Below the pieces are notes generated by a model that searched no databases, had not been told where the DNA came from, and was given only the letters and a program-made list of their open reading frames with translations. Positions 1 to 9,866 of a stretch of 64,000 bases of DNA are shown in pieces. The stretch is from the NCBI GenBank assembly GCA_034530615.2, contig JAVRCV020000039.1, forward strand, positions 53,863 to 117,862, given 5' to 3'. This DNA is from Aulosira sp. ZfuVER01 (GTDB lineage: Bacteria > Cyanobacteriota > Cyanobacteriia > Cyanobacteriales > Nostocaceae). Made by a program: the position numbers and the translations under genes. Positions within the stretch are counted from its first letter, which is position 1. Every line of letters starts with the position of its first letter.

Positions 1-582
1 AAGTAGCACTCTATCTTGGTCAGAGACGATTTCTTGAGATGAAAATACTCCCTCTCCTGCATCAGCGATTTCTTCTTCCCATTCCGCAACTAAAATATCA
101 AATTCTTGTTCAGTTAAGTCATCTAAAGTTAGAGGCGGTGAAATCACCCAAGGATTTTCGGAATCGGGGAAAAGGTAAGCTAAAAAAGTGTCTTTTGCTT
201 CGCCATCAACTACAGTTAATAAGACAAGAGCATCTAAGCGCTGACGTGTCATTGCAACTAATGCTGCTTCATCAGGTGATTCTGATTTAAATTGAGTACT
301 AATACAACGAATTCCGCTTAAACGTTCTGCACTGCGACGAGGCAATTCTTCAGGTGGAATTTGAGTTTGACTTTGTGTTCCTACGGCAATTCGGATAACT
401 TGACCACGCCGATTGATATAACAACAAATTGGGTGATGGATGTCTGTACTTACCTTAGCTAAGGCTTGAGCAAATTCTGGCGTAATAAATCTATCTTGGG
501 GTTGCCGTTGTTCATAAAGCTGCTGTAATCGTTTGATTTGACTTGCTTTTATTCCCTGAATATTGCCATAAATATTTTGCAT
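1..582 (-). CDS. hflX: GTPase HflX family protein, N-terminal part (runs off the left edge)
   Basis: Not in the ORF track. Manual translation from ATG 582 stays open to base 1: MQNIYGNIQGIKASQIKRLQQLYEQRQPQDRFITPEFAQ...INRRGQVIRIAVGT...ERLSGIRCI..., the cyanobacterial HflX N-terminal extension. Confidence 0.85.
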   Translation of the reverse strand, partial: MQNIYGNIQGIKASQIKRLQQLYEQRQPQDRFITPEFAQALAKVSTDIHHPICCYINRRGQVIRIAVGTQSQTQIPPEELPRRSAERLSGIRCISTQFKSESPDEAALVAMTRQRLDALVLLTVVDGEAKDTFLAYLFPDSENPWVISPPLTLDDLTEQEFDILVAEWEEEIADAGEGVFSSQEIVSDQDRVLL

Positions 583-775
583 ACTACTATCAGTTGAAAA
601 AAATTTTTTAATCCTGTGTTTTTAAGTCAAAGGTAGAAGCGAAAATTCTCTACAAAAGAGGCTTATATTATGTCTACCTACTTATAATTAGCTATCTTAA
701 ATATTGATTGTATCTACCAAGCGGAATAAGAAAATTTCTAATACCTCTACAACTTGATAACTTTAAGATTGATTA

Positions 776-967
776 ATATCCTCTTCGGAGGATTAGTGAG
801 AAAACGTCATTGCGAGTGGAACGAAGCAATGGCAGAGACTTTGTGATGCTACTCTACCCTTCTCCTGACGGAGACGCTATGCGAACGGGAACGCCTAACG
901 GCGAACAAGAAACCACTGTGGATCTACGCTTCGCTCGCAATGGCAAGTATTTAGCCGAACACGATAT
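776..967. mobile_element. MITE-like dispersed repeat with imperfect TIRs and an internal GTCATTGCGAG...CTCGCAATG palindrome
   Basis: Ends ATATCCTCTTCGG / CCGAACACGATAT. The interior resembles the copy at 57490-57691, including a nested GGGAACGCCT(A/G)ACGGCGAAC unit. Confidence 0.65.
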
Positions 968-1058
968 AACCTGGTAAATAATATTTGCTGCCTGTTTGAT
1001 GCTGCCTGCTTGTTGAATTGATTGCTGAATTTTTTGCGTTTTCTTTCTATATCTTGCC

Positions 1059-3329
1059 CTAGCTTCTTTCTGCCACGTAGCGAGAAATTGCACTATCAAG
1101 GTGTGGCATTAACTCACCTCGACTACTACCGAGAACGCTGTAAGCTGGGCGGGGAGCAATAAAACCTAGTTCTTGCGTAGGCACAGAAATTAAACTGCTG
1201 ATACTCACACCTGCTTTTTTCGCTGCTAACCGTGCCAATTCGTCCCAAGCTACAGCACCTTTGTTAGCCAAGTGCCACAGACCTTTCTCGCCATCAATCA
1301 GCAAATCAAGGCTGGTATGGACTAGATCGGGTACATAGGTAGGTGAGATGATCGCATCTTCTGCGGCTACAAAAGTATTACCTGCTGCTAATTGTTGCAA
1401 GGCGATGGTGACGAAGTTGTACTCATCCCACGGGCCGAAAAATGCACTGGTACGAATCACCAGAGATGCTGGATGCGCCTGCAATACTAGCTTTTCTGCC
1501 AAAACTTTGCTGCACCCATATATATTGAGGGGGGCAACGCTATCCGTTTCGATATAAGGATTAGAGACAGCACCATCAAATACTAAATCTGATGAAAATG
1601 TTAGCAGTGCCAGATGATGTTGAGCGCAAGCGGCAGCTAGAATTGCTGGGCCTTCAGCATTCACCTGCAAACAAATATGGGGTTCGCGTTCTGCATCGTC
1701 TACTCGCACGTATCCCGCAGCGTTCACAACTGCCCACGGTTTTAACTCAGCAAGCACTGCTTCCACAGAAGCAAGATTAGCAATGTCCATATCTTGGCGT
1801 GTCAGCAAGCGGTATGAAATTCCTCGCACTTCGCACAACCGCGCAAAAGCCTTGCCTAGAGTGCCTGTAGCTCCCACTATCACTAGAGGACGAGGGGAGG
1901 CAGGGGAGCAAGGGAGCAGGGGAGCAGGGGAGATTGTAGAACCTAATTCTCCTCTGCCCCTCTGCCCCTCTGCTCCTGTGCTTTTGCCACAGCTAACTGC
2001 TGGATAAGCCAAACGCACTGGTCGATGCCACCATCCTGGTGTGTCAAGTATTGGGTGATTGGGTTGACGCCCTGCGGCTAAATCTTGCACCATTTTAGCG
2101 ATCGCTGTCGGGCGGGGACGTAACGAACGCAAATCAAATACGCCTGACTCGTAGTGTCCTAAAGAGCGAGTTAGCAAACTATTCCAATCGTAGCTGCCCA
2201 GAAGCGCCCAAGCCGTCACAGCACGAACATCTACACCCCGATCTCGTAGCTCTTGGGCTGCATTCCACACTTCATTGAGCCAGCGTAATTGCTCTTCACG
2301 GGTGCAACTGAGGTGAACTTCAGTGATAGCTAGGGGCAGTTGATAGCGTTCCCATGCTTCTTTGAGCAATGTCCGCGGCCCTGCTGCACCTTCAGCACAA
2401 ACTCGCACTGCCTCAATATCTGCATAGTTGTCCCGCCCATTGCCTCCATGTGTCCAAACTGGATAATTTTCTAGATGTTCATCCAAAAAGCGATCGCTAG
2501 TCAGGTAATGATTAATGCCGATAATGTCGGGCGGACAGGGATTTGGTAAAAATATTTCTAGTTCAGCCTCGCTGATACCACAGTAACGTAAGTAACTCCA
2601 CATGGCATGATTTGGAGTAATTCGACCGCACAATAAATCAAAACTCAACCAGCGGCGTTCGTTCTCAAATTCTGCTTGATAAGCCAGCTTTGGTGTACTG
2701 TAAATCTTACCCAAATCCTCGGTTTGTACGAGTTGGGCATTGGGGCTTACTTCGCGGATTGCTTGCATTGAAAGTGCGATCGCCCGGCACTCGCCCAACA
2801 AAGCACGGGCGAAAGTTAAATCGTCCTGTCCGTGAGGATACCAGTGTCCGTACATCCCACTAAATCGTGCTGTTGTTAGCGGCTCGTTTATTGGTGTGTA
2901 ATGTGTAACCCAAGGATAGCGTTTCGCCACCGCACGGGCAAAAACTGCTAATTTCTCAGGAAATTCTGGGTCTACCAAGCTCGTATTACGCGGGCCGCTG
3001 CCATGATGTACTAATCCCACAATCGGACGGATACTGAGTTCGCGTAAGCGTTCTAGTCGTTCATCCGCCCACGACCAGTCAGCATTCTCCAATCCGTTCG
3101 GTGCTATGCGTTCCCACAGCACTGGGTAGCGGATAGCCTGTATACCTAGTTCAGCGAATAAATCTAGGTCATCCAAACGCATTGCATGACCATTGCGTTC
3201 TAACTGATCGAAATACTCTTCACCCACACGATTAACCGTACACTCAACACCAGCCCACACTTCTAGGGGAAGCTGTGATTTAGTAGTCCTGAGCGTCGAG
3301 TCGAAAGCAGAAGCCATATTAAAATTCAA
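1059..3329 (-). CDS. Fusion of a family-1-like glycoside hydrolase and an RmlD-like (dTDP-4-dehydrorhamnose reductase) SDR domain
   Basis: N-terminal half has GH1-type INEP and ITEV glutamate motifs. C-terminal half has GATGTLG, VVNAAGY, SSDLVFDG and YGCSK (YxxxK). The linker is encoded by 8-bp tandem repeats. Confidence 0.85.
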   Translation of the reverse strand: MNFNMASAFDSTLRTTKSQLPLEVWAGVECTVNRVGEEYFDQLERNGHAMRLDDLDLFAELGIQAIRYPVLWERIAPNGLENADWSWADERLERLRELSIRPIVGLVHHGSGPRNTSLVDPEFPEKLAVFARAVAKRYPWVTHYTPINEPLTTARFSGMYGHWYPHGQDDLTFARALLGECRAIALSMQAIREVSPNAQLVQTEDLGKIYSTPKLAYQAEFENERRWLSFDLLCGRITPNHAMWSYLRYCGISEAELEIFLPNPCPPDIIGINHYLTSDRFLDEHLENYPVWTHGGNGRDNYADIEAVRVCAEGAAGPRTLLKEAWERYQLPLAITEVHLSCTREEQLRWLNEVWNAAQELRDRGVDVRAVTAWALLGSYDWNSLLTRSLGHYESGVFDLRSLRPRPTAIAKMVQDLAAGRQPNHPILDTPGWWHRPVRLAYPAVSCGKSTGAEGQRGRGELGSTISPAPLLPCSPASPRPLVIVGATGTLGKAFARLCEVRGISYRLLTRQDMDIANLASVEAVLAELKPWAVVNAAGYVRVDDAEREPHICLQVNAEGPAILAAACAQHHLALLTFSSDLVFDGAVSNPYIETDSVAPLNIYGCSKVLAEKLVLQAHPASLVIRTSAFFGPWDEYNFVTIALQQLAAGNTFVAAEDAIISPTYVPDLVHTSLDLLIDGEKGLWHLANKGAVAWDELARLAAKKAGVSISSLISVPTQELGFIAPRPAYSVLGSSRGELMPHLDSAISRYVAERS

Positions 3330-3379
3330 GCCGATATTTGGTTTTTTAGGAAAGGCAGAGGGCAGAAGGCAGAAGTTTT

Positions 3380-3459
3380 GTAGGGTGCGTTATGGACATT
3401 AGTCCTAACGCACCGAAAATCTCGGATGGTGCGTTGCGCTACGCGACAACACACCCTAC
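3380..3459. repeat. REP/REPIN-like doublet with GTAG ends
   Basis: GTAGGGTGCGTTA..TAACGCACC, spacer, GGTGCGTTG..CAACACACCCTAC: two hairpins in inverted orientation, bounded by GTAG and CTAC. Confidence 0.7.
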
Positions 3460-3474
3460 TTACTTACGAATTAA

Positions 3475-5913
3475 TTAAGCCTTAACTGCAATTTGCTTGT
3501 ATACAGAAAGAGCCTGAGCGACACATTGATCCATGTTGTAGTACTTGTAGGTCGCCAGTCTGCCGACAAAATATACTCCTGGTGTGGTATCAGACAGCAC
3601 CTTATATTGCTTATACATTTCGTTATTTTCCGGACGTGGTATAGGGTAGTAAGGATCGCCCTCACCCTTGGGAAATTCGTATACAATACTGCTTTTAGAG
3701 TGTTCTTGACCAGTCAAGTACTTAAACTCTGTCACACGGGTATAAAGGTGTTCATTGGGATAGTTAATCACTGGCGCTGGTTGAAACACAGTAGTGTTGT
3801 GTGTCTCATGCTTAAAATCGAGCGATCGATATGGTAGTTTGCCGTAGCGATAATCAAAGAACTCATCAACTGGGCCTGTGTAAACCATTTCCCGGCAAGG
3901 GATGGCTTTTTGAATTTCTCGGTAATCTGTGTTCAGCATTACCTTAATATTCGGGTGATTGAGCATATTCTCAAACATCCGAGTAAAGCCGTGTAGTGGC
4001 ATTGCTTGGTAAGTATCTGTAAAATAGCGATTGTCGCGGTTATTGCGTGTAGGTATCCGGGCAATTACTGATTTATCCAGTTCTGATGGGTCGAGTCCCC
4101 ATTGCTTGCGGGTATAACCCCGGAAAAACTTTTCATAGAGTTCTCGACCAACTTTACTTACCACCACATCCTCACTATTGCGGATGTGTTCTATTGGTTC
4201 AGCAAGTGATTTGTAAAATTCCTGCACCTCAAATGAATTCAGATTCATGCCATACAGCTTGTTGATGGTGTCGAGGTTGATGGGAATCGGAACAAGTTGT
4301 CCGTCTACACTTGCAAGAACGCGATGTTCGTAAGACCGCCATTGAGTAAAGCGTGAGAGGTATTCAAAGACTTCGCGAGAGTTGGTGTGAAAGATATGAG
4401 GGCCGTATTTGTGTACGAGAATGCCATGATCGTCATAATGATCGTAAGCATTGCCGCCGATGTGATTGCGCTTGTCTACAATCAATATTTTTTTACCGGA
4501 CTGACTTGCCAAACGTTCCGCGATCGCGCTACCAGAAAAACCAGCGCCGACAATCAAGTAATCAAAGACAAAATCTCTGGTAATGATATTTGGTGCTTGT
4601 GTACTCGCCGCACCTGTGGAGTTAGCTTTGTCTTCACTATCACGGGCTGCGATCGCAGAGTCAATCAGTTTCATCATTGATGCCCAAGTCCGATCCCAAG
4701 AAATCTTTTCTAAAAAAGCATCTACTCGACTCAACCATTCTGATGTTCTTGTGTCCTCTTGCATTGCTTGTTCGGCGGCGGTGACGAACTCAGAAACTGT
4801 GTCTGCAATTCGCACCAGTTTCGATTCTCCGTAAGGGCGCACTACATCTCTAATTGAGGTAGATACTACAGGCCTACCTGCGGCAAGATATTCTGGAGTT
4901 TTGGTAGGGCTAATAAAGCGTGTTGACTCATTACGCGCAAATGGCAACATTGCTAAATCCCACCCTGCTAAATATGCAGGTAGCTGTTTATAGTCTCTAC
5001 CACCGAGATAATGTATATTCTCGCGCTGTGGTAGAGTTGCTGGATCGATTTTGACAACTGGCCCAATCATCACCAGATGCCAATCTGGACGTGCTTCAGC
5101 AATCCCAGCAAGCAGTTCGATATCCATCCGTTCATCAATTACGCCAAAGAATCCCAGGCGAGGATGGGGAATATGGGCTTGATCTGCTGGTTCGGAAATA
5201 GTTCTTGCTTGCGCAAAGTGTGGAACATCTACACTGCTGGGAAATGCATAGACGTTTGAGTGCTGGTTAACTTTACTTTCATAAAGGCTTTGTCCCCCTG
5301 TAAATACTAGGTCTGCAATGCGGAATAGTTCAGCTTCGTAATTCTTTAAAGTGGGTGATGCACCTTTGAATGCAGACAATTCATCCATGCAATCGTACAC
5401 CACGGCTTGGGGTTGCAAATGGCGAGTAAAAGCGATCGCCATTGGTGTGTAATACCAACAAATGTATTTGTTTATTTTATGCTCGACAAGCAAAGCATCA
5501 ATTAAAACCTGTAAATCTGCGTTGATTGCTTCTTCGCTCATACCTTGTGGTAAGTGTGGCACAACCACAACTACGCCACTAGAATCTTCGTTGATATCTA
5601 ACCTTGCTAAAGGTTCTGGGGAGAAAATTGGCTCCTCAATAAAGAATACTCGCTTTCCTTGAGCGCAGCGGCTAAGAAGATGTTGTGGTCTTTGATAGAC
5701 GAAATTCCAACGCAAATGAGATAAGCAAACTATGTCAGGTGTATCTTTAAAAGTTTCTGTTGGTTGAATCTTTTTATTTGATGAACTTGAATGCACCAGT
5801 GATGTACTTGATGATTGCATTTCTTCTAGCTGCGATCGCTTCCTTGTACGCTGGTTGGGCGAAATAATATTACCGACACCGTTGTTTTTGACTTTAGCTT
5901 TTTCACTTTGCAT
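3475..5913 (-). CDS. glf: Fusion of a glycosyltransferase (GT-B) and UDP-galactopyranose mutase
   Basis: N-terminal SHLRWNFVYQRPQHL...ISPTKTPEYLAAG GT domain. C-terminal DYLIVGAGFSG, HIGGNAYD, HKYGPHIFHTN and GRLATYKYYNMDQ Glf motifs. Confidence 0.92.
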   Translation of the reverse strand: MQSEKAKVKNNGVGNIISPNQRTRKRSQLEEMQSSSTSLVHSSSSNKKIQPTETFKDTPDIVCLSHLRWNFVYQRPQHLLSRCAQGKRVFFIEEPIFSPEPLARLDINEDSSGVVVVVPHLPQGMSEEAINADLQVLIDALLVEHKINKYICWYYTPMAIAFTRHLQPQAVVYDCMDELSAFKGASPTLKNYEAELFRIADLVFTGGQSLYESKVNQHSNVYAFPSSVDVPHFAQARTISEPADQAHIPHPRLGFFGVIDERMDIELLAGIAEARPDWHLVMIGPVVKIDPATLPQRENIHYLGGRDYKQLPAYLAGWDLAMLPFARNESTRFISPTKTPEYLAAGRPVVSTSIRDVVRPYGESKLVRIADTVSEFVTAAEQAMQEDTRTSEWLSRVDAFLEKISWDRTWASMMKLIDSAIAARDSEDKANSTGAASTQAPNIITRDFVFDYLIVGAGFSGSAIAERLASQSGKKILIVDKRNHIGGNAYDHYDDHGILVHKYGPHIFHTNSREVFEYLSRFTQWRSYEHRVLASVDGQLVPIPINLDTINKLYGMNLNSFEVQEFYKSLAEPIEHIRNSEDVVVSKVGRELYEKFFRGYTRKQWGLDPSELDKSVIARIPTRNNRDNRYFTDTYQAMPLHGFTRMFENMLNHPNIKVMLNTDYREIQKAIPCREMVYTGPVDEFFDYRYGKLPYRSLDFKHETHNTTVFQPAPVINYPNEHLYTRVTEFKYLTGQEHSKSSIVYEFPKGEGDPYYPIPRPENNEMYKQYKVLSDTTPGVYFVGRLATYKYYNMDQCVAQALSVYKQIAVKA

Positions 5914-6734
5914 AAAAGCTCGCTATCATTGCTTATGTTTATTAATCTTGCCTAGCAAATCTTTAATACCTTTTCTTTATCAGGCAGCGCCAAACCAACT
6001 TTCAGTCACAAGCTGGTAATATATTTTGGCGCATATTTATATAGAATTGCTACAATTGATTTCGTTGTACACTTATTAATAATAAGAATTTTTATAGCTT
6101 TCTCATCTGCCAAAGTAAATATAAATTTTAATTTTAAAATAACTCTAGAGTATTATATTTTTATCCATATCTAAATAATTAAATATAGCTCAAATGCCAC
6201 ATAAATGAATATTTATGTATGTGGCATATATGTGAAAAAATATTTAATATTATGTCTCTATGAATAACAGTGCTACAGCAATTTAAAGAATGTTTGTAGC
6301 ACCTATCACATTATTTGTTATTGCAAGGCTTTTTCTAAATTTACTGATAAAATTAGTTTTAGTCTGTTCGGTTGCGTACACAATAAATTTAAAATTATTG
6401 GTTGGTAATAGCTATAGGAAATTTGATAAATAGAGTAGATTTACTACCTAATTGTCTGACTCCTAAGAGCTAATTTGTAAACTAGAGTAAAATCTTTGTC
6501 TGGTAAGGATTTCAGGAATCTGAGCCAATCAAGCCTTTATTCCTTGAAAGTCATACTCAGCAATAAACTTAAAATCCAGACGTTGCTGATTGATGGGACA
6601 AATTTTGTTTCGTGCATAGACACGCAGCGCCTACCCTAGGGGAAGCTGCAAAGGCGCGAGTGTGCCATACTTGTGTGTTATACCTCAGGCTAACATACTA
6701 AAATCTGGGAATGGTGCGTTAGCCTACGACTGGA

Positions 6735-6959
6735 TTAATAAGTAAAACCAAAGAAAAATCCGAACACAGTACCTATTAATGCACATACCTGCATAACCTT
6801 TATCGGCTCTACGTATTTATCTATGTATTTATTTATCCTAAATTTCGGTTTGACTAAAGATAAAAATGTACTCAGTACTAAATAAAAGACCAATGGAGTA
6901 ATACCTCCTAGAAGAAATCCTTGAAAAGCCCAAGCTAATCCAAAAAAAATCGAGGACAT
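6735..6959 (-). CDS. Small hypothetical membrane protein (two hydrophobic segments)
   Basis: 74-aa ATG ORF with two TM-like stretches in an AT-rich accessory gap. No family recognised. Confidence 0.4.
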   Translation of the reverse strand: MSSIFFGLAWAFQGFLLGGITPLVFYLVLSTFLSLVKPKFRINKYIDKYVEPIKVMQVCALIGTVFGFFFGFTY

Positions 6960-7032
6960 AGTTCTACTTATTTTTAATTAAGTACTTATACTTATTTACC
7001 ATAAAAGTGCGCTTAAAAATACTTCATCTACT

Positions 7033-7062
7033 AAAAAACCAAGTAGTATCAAGCTACTTGGC
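7033..7062 (-). terminator. Probable intrinsic terminator
   Basis: On the minus strand, a CCAAGTAG-loop-CTACTTGG stem is followed by a T6 run, downstream of the vWA/Slr1339-like genes. Confidence 0.5.
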
Positions 7063-7166
7063 TGTTCTATCTTGAGCCGTTGGAGGCGTATTATTAGGAT
7101 CTGTAAAGCGTATTCCTAGAGAAAACGAATTCAAACTAAAAGTATTGAAATAAGCTCCGGATAGAT

Positions 7167-7205
7167 ATGAAAGCCTACTCGCTTAACTTGCATCAAAAGA
7201 TAGCT
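7167..7205 (+). pseudogene. N-terminal scrap of an IS630-family transposase
   Basis: MKAYSLNLHQKIA resembles the MKAYSLDLRQKI start of cyanobacterial IS630 ORFs. The similarity stops after about 13 codons. Confidence 0.5.
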
Positions 7206-7272
7206 CAGCAGAACAAGTACATACAATTGAACAAACTCGGACTAATAATAATCAGCACCAAATCTGAGCTTA

Positions 7273-7677
7273 CTAACTATTTTGTAAATATTCAATTGCT
7301 GCCTCAAATTTGGAAGGATATCCTTCAGCAAATCTTTCAAACCACAGCCCTTCCGGTGAGAATGGATCTAGTTTGTCTAGCCATTCTTTTGCTTGACTTT
7401 TTAAAGCTTCTCGTTGTTTCGCTTTGAGTTTTTCTTGGCGAATTCGTTCTTGTTCTAGCTCTTGCTTTCGTTTCAACTCCTCAGCCATATCCCGTTCAAC
7501 AAAATCAGCTTTAACTTCCTCCAATAGGCTATCTATTAAAGATGCTGCTTTTGGTGGAGCTTGGATGAATGCTTGGGTTATGTTTAGCTGAGATTGTGGC
7601 TGTGGCTGTGGCTGAGAGGGCTTTCCTTCTTCGTATTCAGTTTTGAGTTCGGCTAACAGCTTATCAATGCTATCCAT
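7273..7677 (-). CDS. Slr1339-like (salt stress) family protein
   Basis: MDSIDKLLAELK start, coiled-coil middle, and AKEWLDKLDPFSPEGLWFERFAEGYPSKFEAAIEYL C-terminal motif. Confidence 0.75.
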   Translation of the reverse strand: MDSIDKLLAELKTEYEEGKPSQPQPQPQSQLNITQAFIQAPPKAASLIDSLLEEVKADFVERDMAEELKRKQELEQERIRQEKLKAKQREALKSQAKEWLDKLDPFSPEGLWFERFAEGYPSKFEAAIEYLQNS

Positions 7678-7702
7678 TTTTTCAGTCCTGTAAAAAAGAT
7701 AG

Positions 7703-7798
7703 CTAGTACATCACGACGTAAATCAAACGACCATTTAAAATAGAGCAAAAGCACAGAATATAATTCTTTTGCCTTTTGACTTCGCGCAGCAGTACTAG
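7703..7798. mobile_element. ~100-bp CTAGTAC...GTACTAG MITE-like repeat, copy 1
   Basis: Terminal inverted repeats. Aligns by eye with the reverse complement of 38037-38140. The terminal CTAG overlaps the vWA stop codon. Confidence 0.7.
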
Positions 7799-8415
7799 TC
7801 ATTAATGGCATTCAGCAACACTTCCGATAGGCTCATATCTTCCATCTCTTCCATTGTAATGGTATCGCAGATATCAAATTTAGCTCCAGCACTCTGGAGT
7901 TCGTCATCTAGGACTTTGAGAAAGCGTGTAGCTTGGGCATCTGTACCAACTTGAATGAAGGAAATAGCTAGTTCTTCATCGCGATCCATGTGGCGGGAAG
8001 CTTCAATAATGACTCTCATTACCGCTTTGCGATCGTCTGGTTCACCATCGGTAACAACTAAAATTGTTTCACCATTGGGCTTGGTTTTTTTAGCAGCTTT
8101 GCGTTGAAAGTAATCATCAGTTGCATGTTTTAATACGGCTGCTAAGTCAGTGGTTCCAGAGGGGTCATTTTCTCGAAAAATTTGTGAAACCTTAGCCGAA
8201 GTTACATTTTCATAACGCTTGAATTTTCCAGAAAATACATAAATAGTAATACCATCTGGGTCAAATTGTTCGCATTTGCTAGCTAGGGCTAAGGTAGATT
8301 CTTGGGCGGCTACCCATCTACTTCTACCACCTTTTTGATCTGGGGTAGCCATGCTGCCGCTTTTATCGATAATCAAGGTGTAATCACGATTTTCTAGCAT
8401 TTCTAAATTCTCCAA
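7795..8415 (-). CDS. Stand-alone vWA domain protein (paralog 3)
   Basis: MIDAS motifs IIDKSGSM, SGTT and VVTDGEP. Confidence 0.9.
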   Translation of the reverse strand: MENLEMLENRDYTLIIDKSGSMATPDQKGGRSRWVAAQESTLALASKCEQFDPDGITIYVFSGKFKRYENVTSAKVSQIFRENDPSGTTDLAAVLKHATDDYFQRKAAKKTKPNGETILVVTDGEPDDRKAVMRVIIEASRHMDRDEELAISFIQVGTDAQATRFLKVLDDELQSAGAKFDICDTITMEEMEDMSLSEVLLNAIND

Positions 8416-8444
8416 GTATTTAATAACAACTTCTAAACTCTTAA

Positions 8445-9050
8445 TTAGTCAGTTATCGCCTTGATTAATACATCGGTAAGGCTCATCTCTTCTAATTGAT
8501 CTAAAGTTATAGTGTCACAAATATCAAATTTAGCCCCAACACTTTGCAATTCATCATCGATAGCATGAAGAAACTTTGTAGCTTTGGTATCTGCACCTAC
8601 TTGAATCAGAGAAATTCTTAATTCTTGGGGGTTATCTAAACGCTGAGTAGCATTGATAATGACTTCATATACTGCTTGGCGATCGCCTGGCGCACCATCA
8701 GTGACAACTAAAATTACTTCTCCTGCTGACTTGGTTTTGCCATCTGCTTTGCGTTTAAAGTAGTTATTAATTGCGTCTTGCAGTACACCTGCTAAGTTAG
8801 TTGTATCTCCTGGTATATTTTCTGTGAAAATTTGCTTGATTTGATCTACACTGACATTATCGTAACGCTTAAATCCTTTAGCAAACAGATAAATCGTGAT
8901 TCCATCGAGGTCAAATTCTTCGCATCTAGCAGCTAAAGCAAATGTCGATTCTTGTAGTGCTGTCCATCTACTTCTACCATCCCTTTGATCTGTAGTACCC
9001 ATGCTGGCACTTTGATCGATAATTAAGGTGTAATCCCGATTTTCTAGCAT
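8445..9050 (-). CDS. Stand-alone vWA domain protein (paralog 2, most diverged)
   Basis: IIDQSASM, GDTT and VVTDGAP. Clearly paralogous to both neighbours. Confidence 0.9.
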   Translation of the reverse strand: MLENRDYTLIIDQSASMGTTDQRDGRSRWTALQESTFALAARCEEFDLDGITIYLFAKGFKRYDNVSVDQIKQIFTENIPGDTTNLAGVLQDAINNYFKRKADGKTKSAGEVILVVTDGAPGDRQAVYEVIINATQRLDNPQELRISLIQVGADTKATKFLHAIDDELQSVGAKFDICDTITLDQLEEMSLTDVLIKAITD

Positions 9051-9110
9051 TGCTAATTCCTCAAAACTTGCTCATAATTAATTAGATAAAACTAACAGAC
9101 TTAGTGAAGA

Positions 9111-9716
9111 TCAGTCAGTGATTGCATTCATCAAGACATCTGCAAGGCTCATTTCTTCTAAGTCGTCTAAAGTCACAGTATCGCAGATATCAAATTTAGC
9201 GCCTACACTTTGTAACTGATCGTCTAAAGCTTTGAGAAACTTAGTAGCCTGGGGATCGGAACCAACCTGAATAATGGAAACGCCTAATTCTTCATCTCGA
9301 TCCATTTGGCGGGTAGCATGGATAATGACTTCAAAGACGGCTTTGCGATCATCTGGTTCGCCATCGGTGATTACTAAAATTGTCTCGCCATTGGTTTTGG
9401 TTTTACCCGCTGCTTTCCGCTTAAAGTAATTATTGAGTGCGTCTTGGAGTACACCTGCTAAGTTGGTTGTACCAGCAGGATCGTTTTCTTGGAAAATCTG
9501 CGCAACTTTAGCTGATGTTACATCGTCGTAGCGTTTAAATCTCCCAGAAAATACGTAGACTGTAATCCCATCAGGATCGAATTGTTCGCACTTTCTTGCC
9601 AACGCCAGAGTGGATTCTTGGGCTATATCCCATCTAGTTCTCCCACCGGCTTGGTCAGGAGTGGACATACTACCACTCTTGTCAATAATTAATGTATAGT
9701 CACGGTCACTCATCAT
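9111..9716 (-). CDS. Stand-alone vWA domain protein (paralog 1)
   Basis: IIDKSGSM, AGTT and VITDGEP. Start moved to MMSDRDYTL (9716) to match the paralogs. Confidence 0.9.
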   Translation of the reverse strand: MMSDRDYTLIIDKSGSMSTPDQAGGRTRWDIAQESTLALARKCEQFDPDGITVYVFSGRFKRYDDVTSAKVAQIFQENDPAGTTNLAGVLQDALNNYFKRKAAGKTKTNGETILVITDGEPDDRKAVFEVIIHATRQMDRDEELGVSIIQVGSDPQATKFLKALDDQLQSVGAKFDICDTVTLDDLEEMSLADVLMNAITD

Positions 9717-9830
9717 AGTATTCCTTTGATTGTTACCCTGTGGTTCTAGTCTAACCACCGGAATCGACGTTGATATAGGTATTCTCACCCTTATTGTGAT
9801 AACTGCTACTGATTTGCTACTCAAATCAAC

Positions 9831-9866
9831 TTATTTTAATACCGTTTTCAGTATTTGATCTGCTGT
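9831..9866 (-). pseudogene. Orphan 3' tail of another Uma2-type gene
   Basis: Reads TADQILKTVLK*, starting 5 bp after the stop of the Uma2 gene, whose own end is LTAQQIFNTTS*. Confidence 0.45.
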
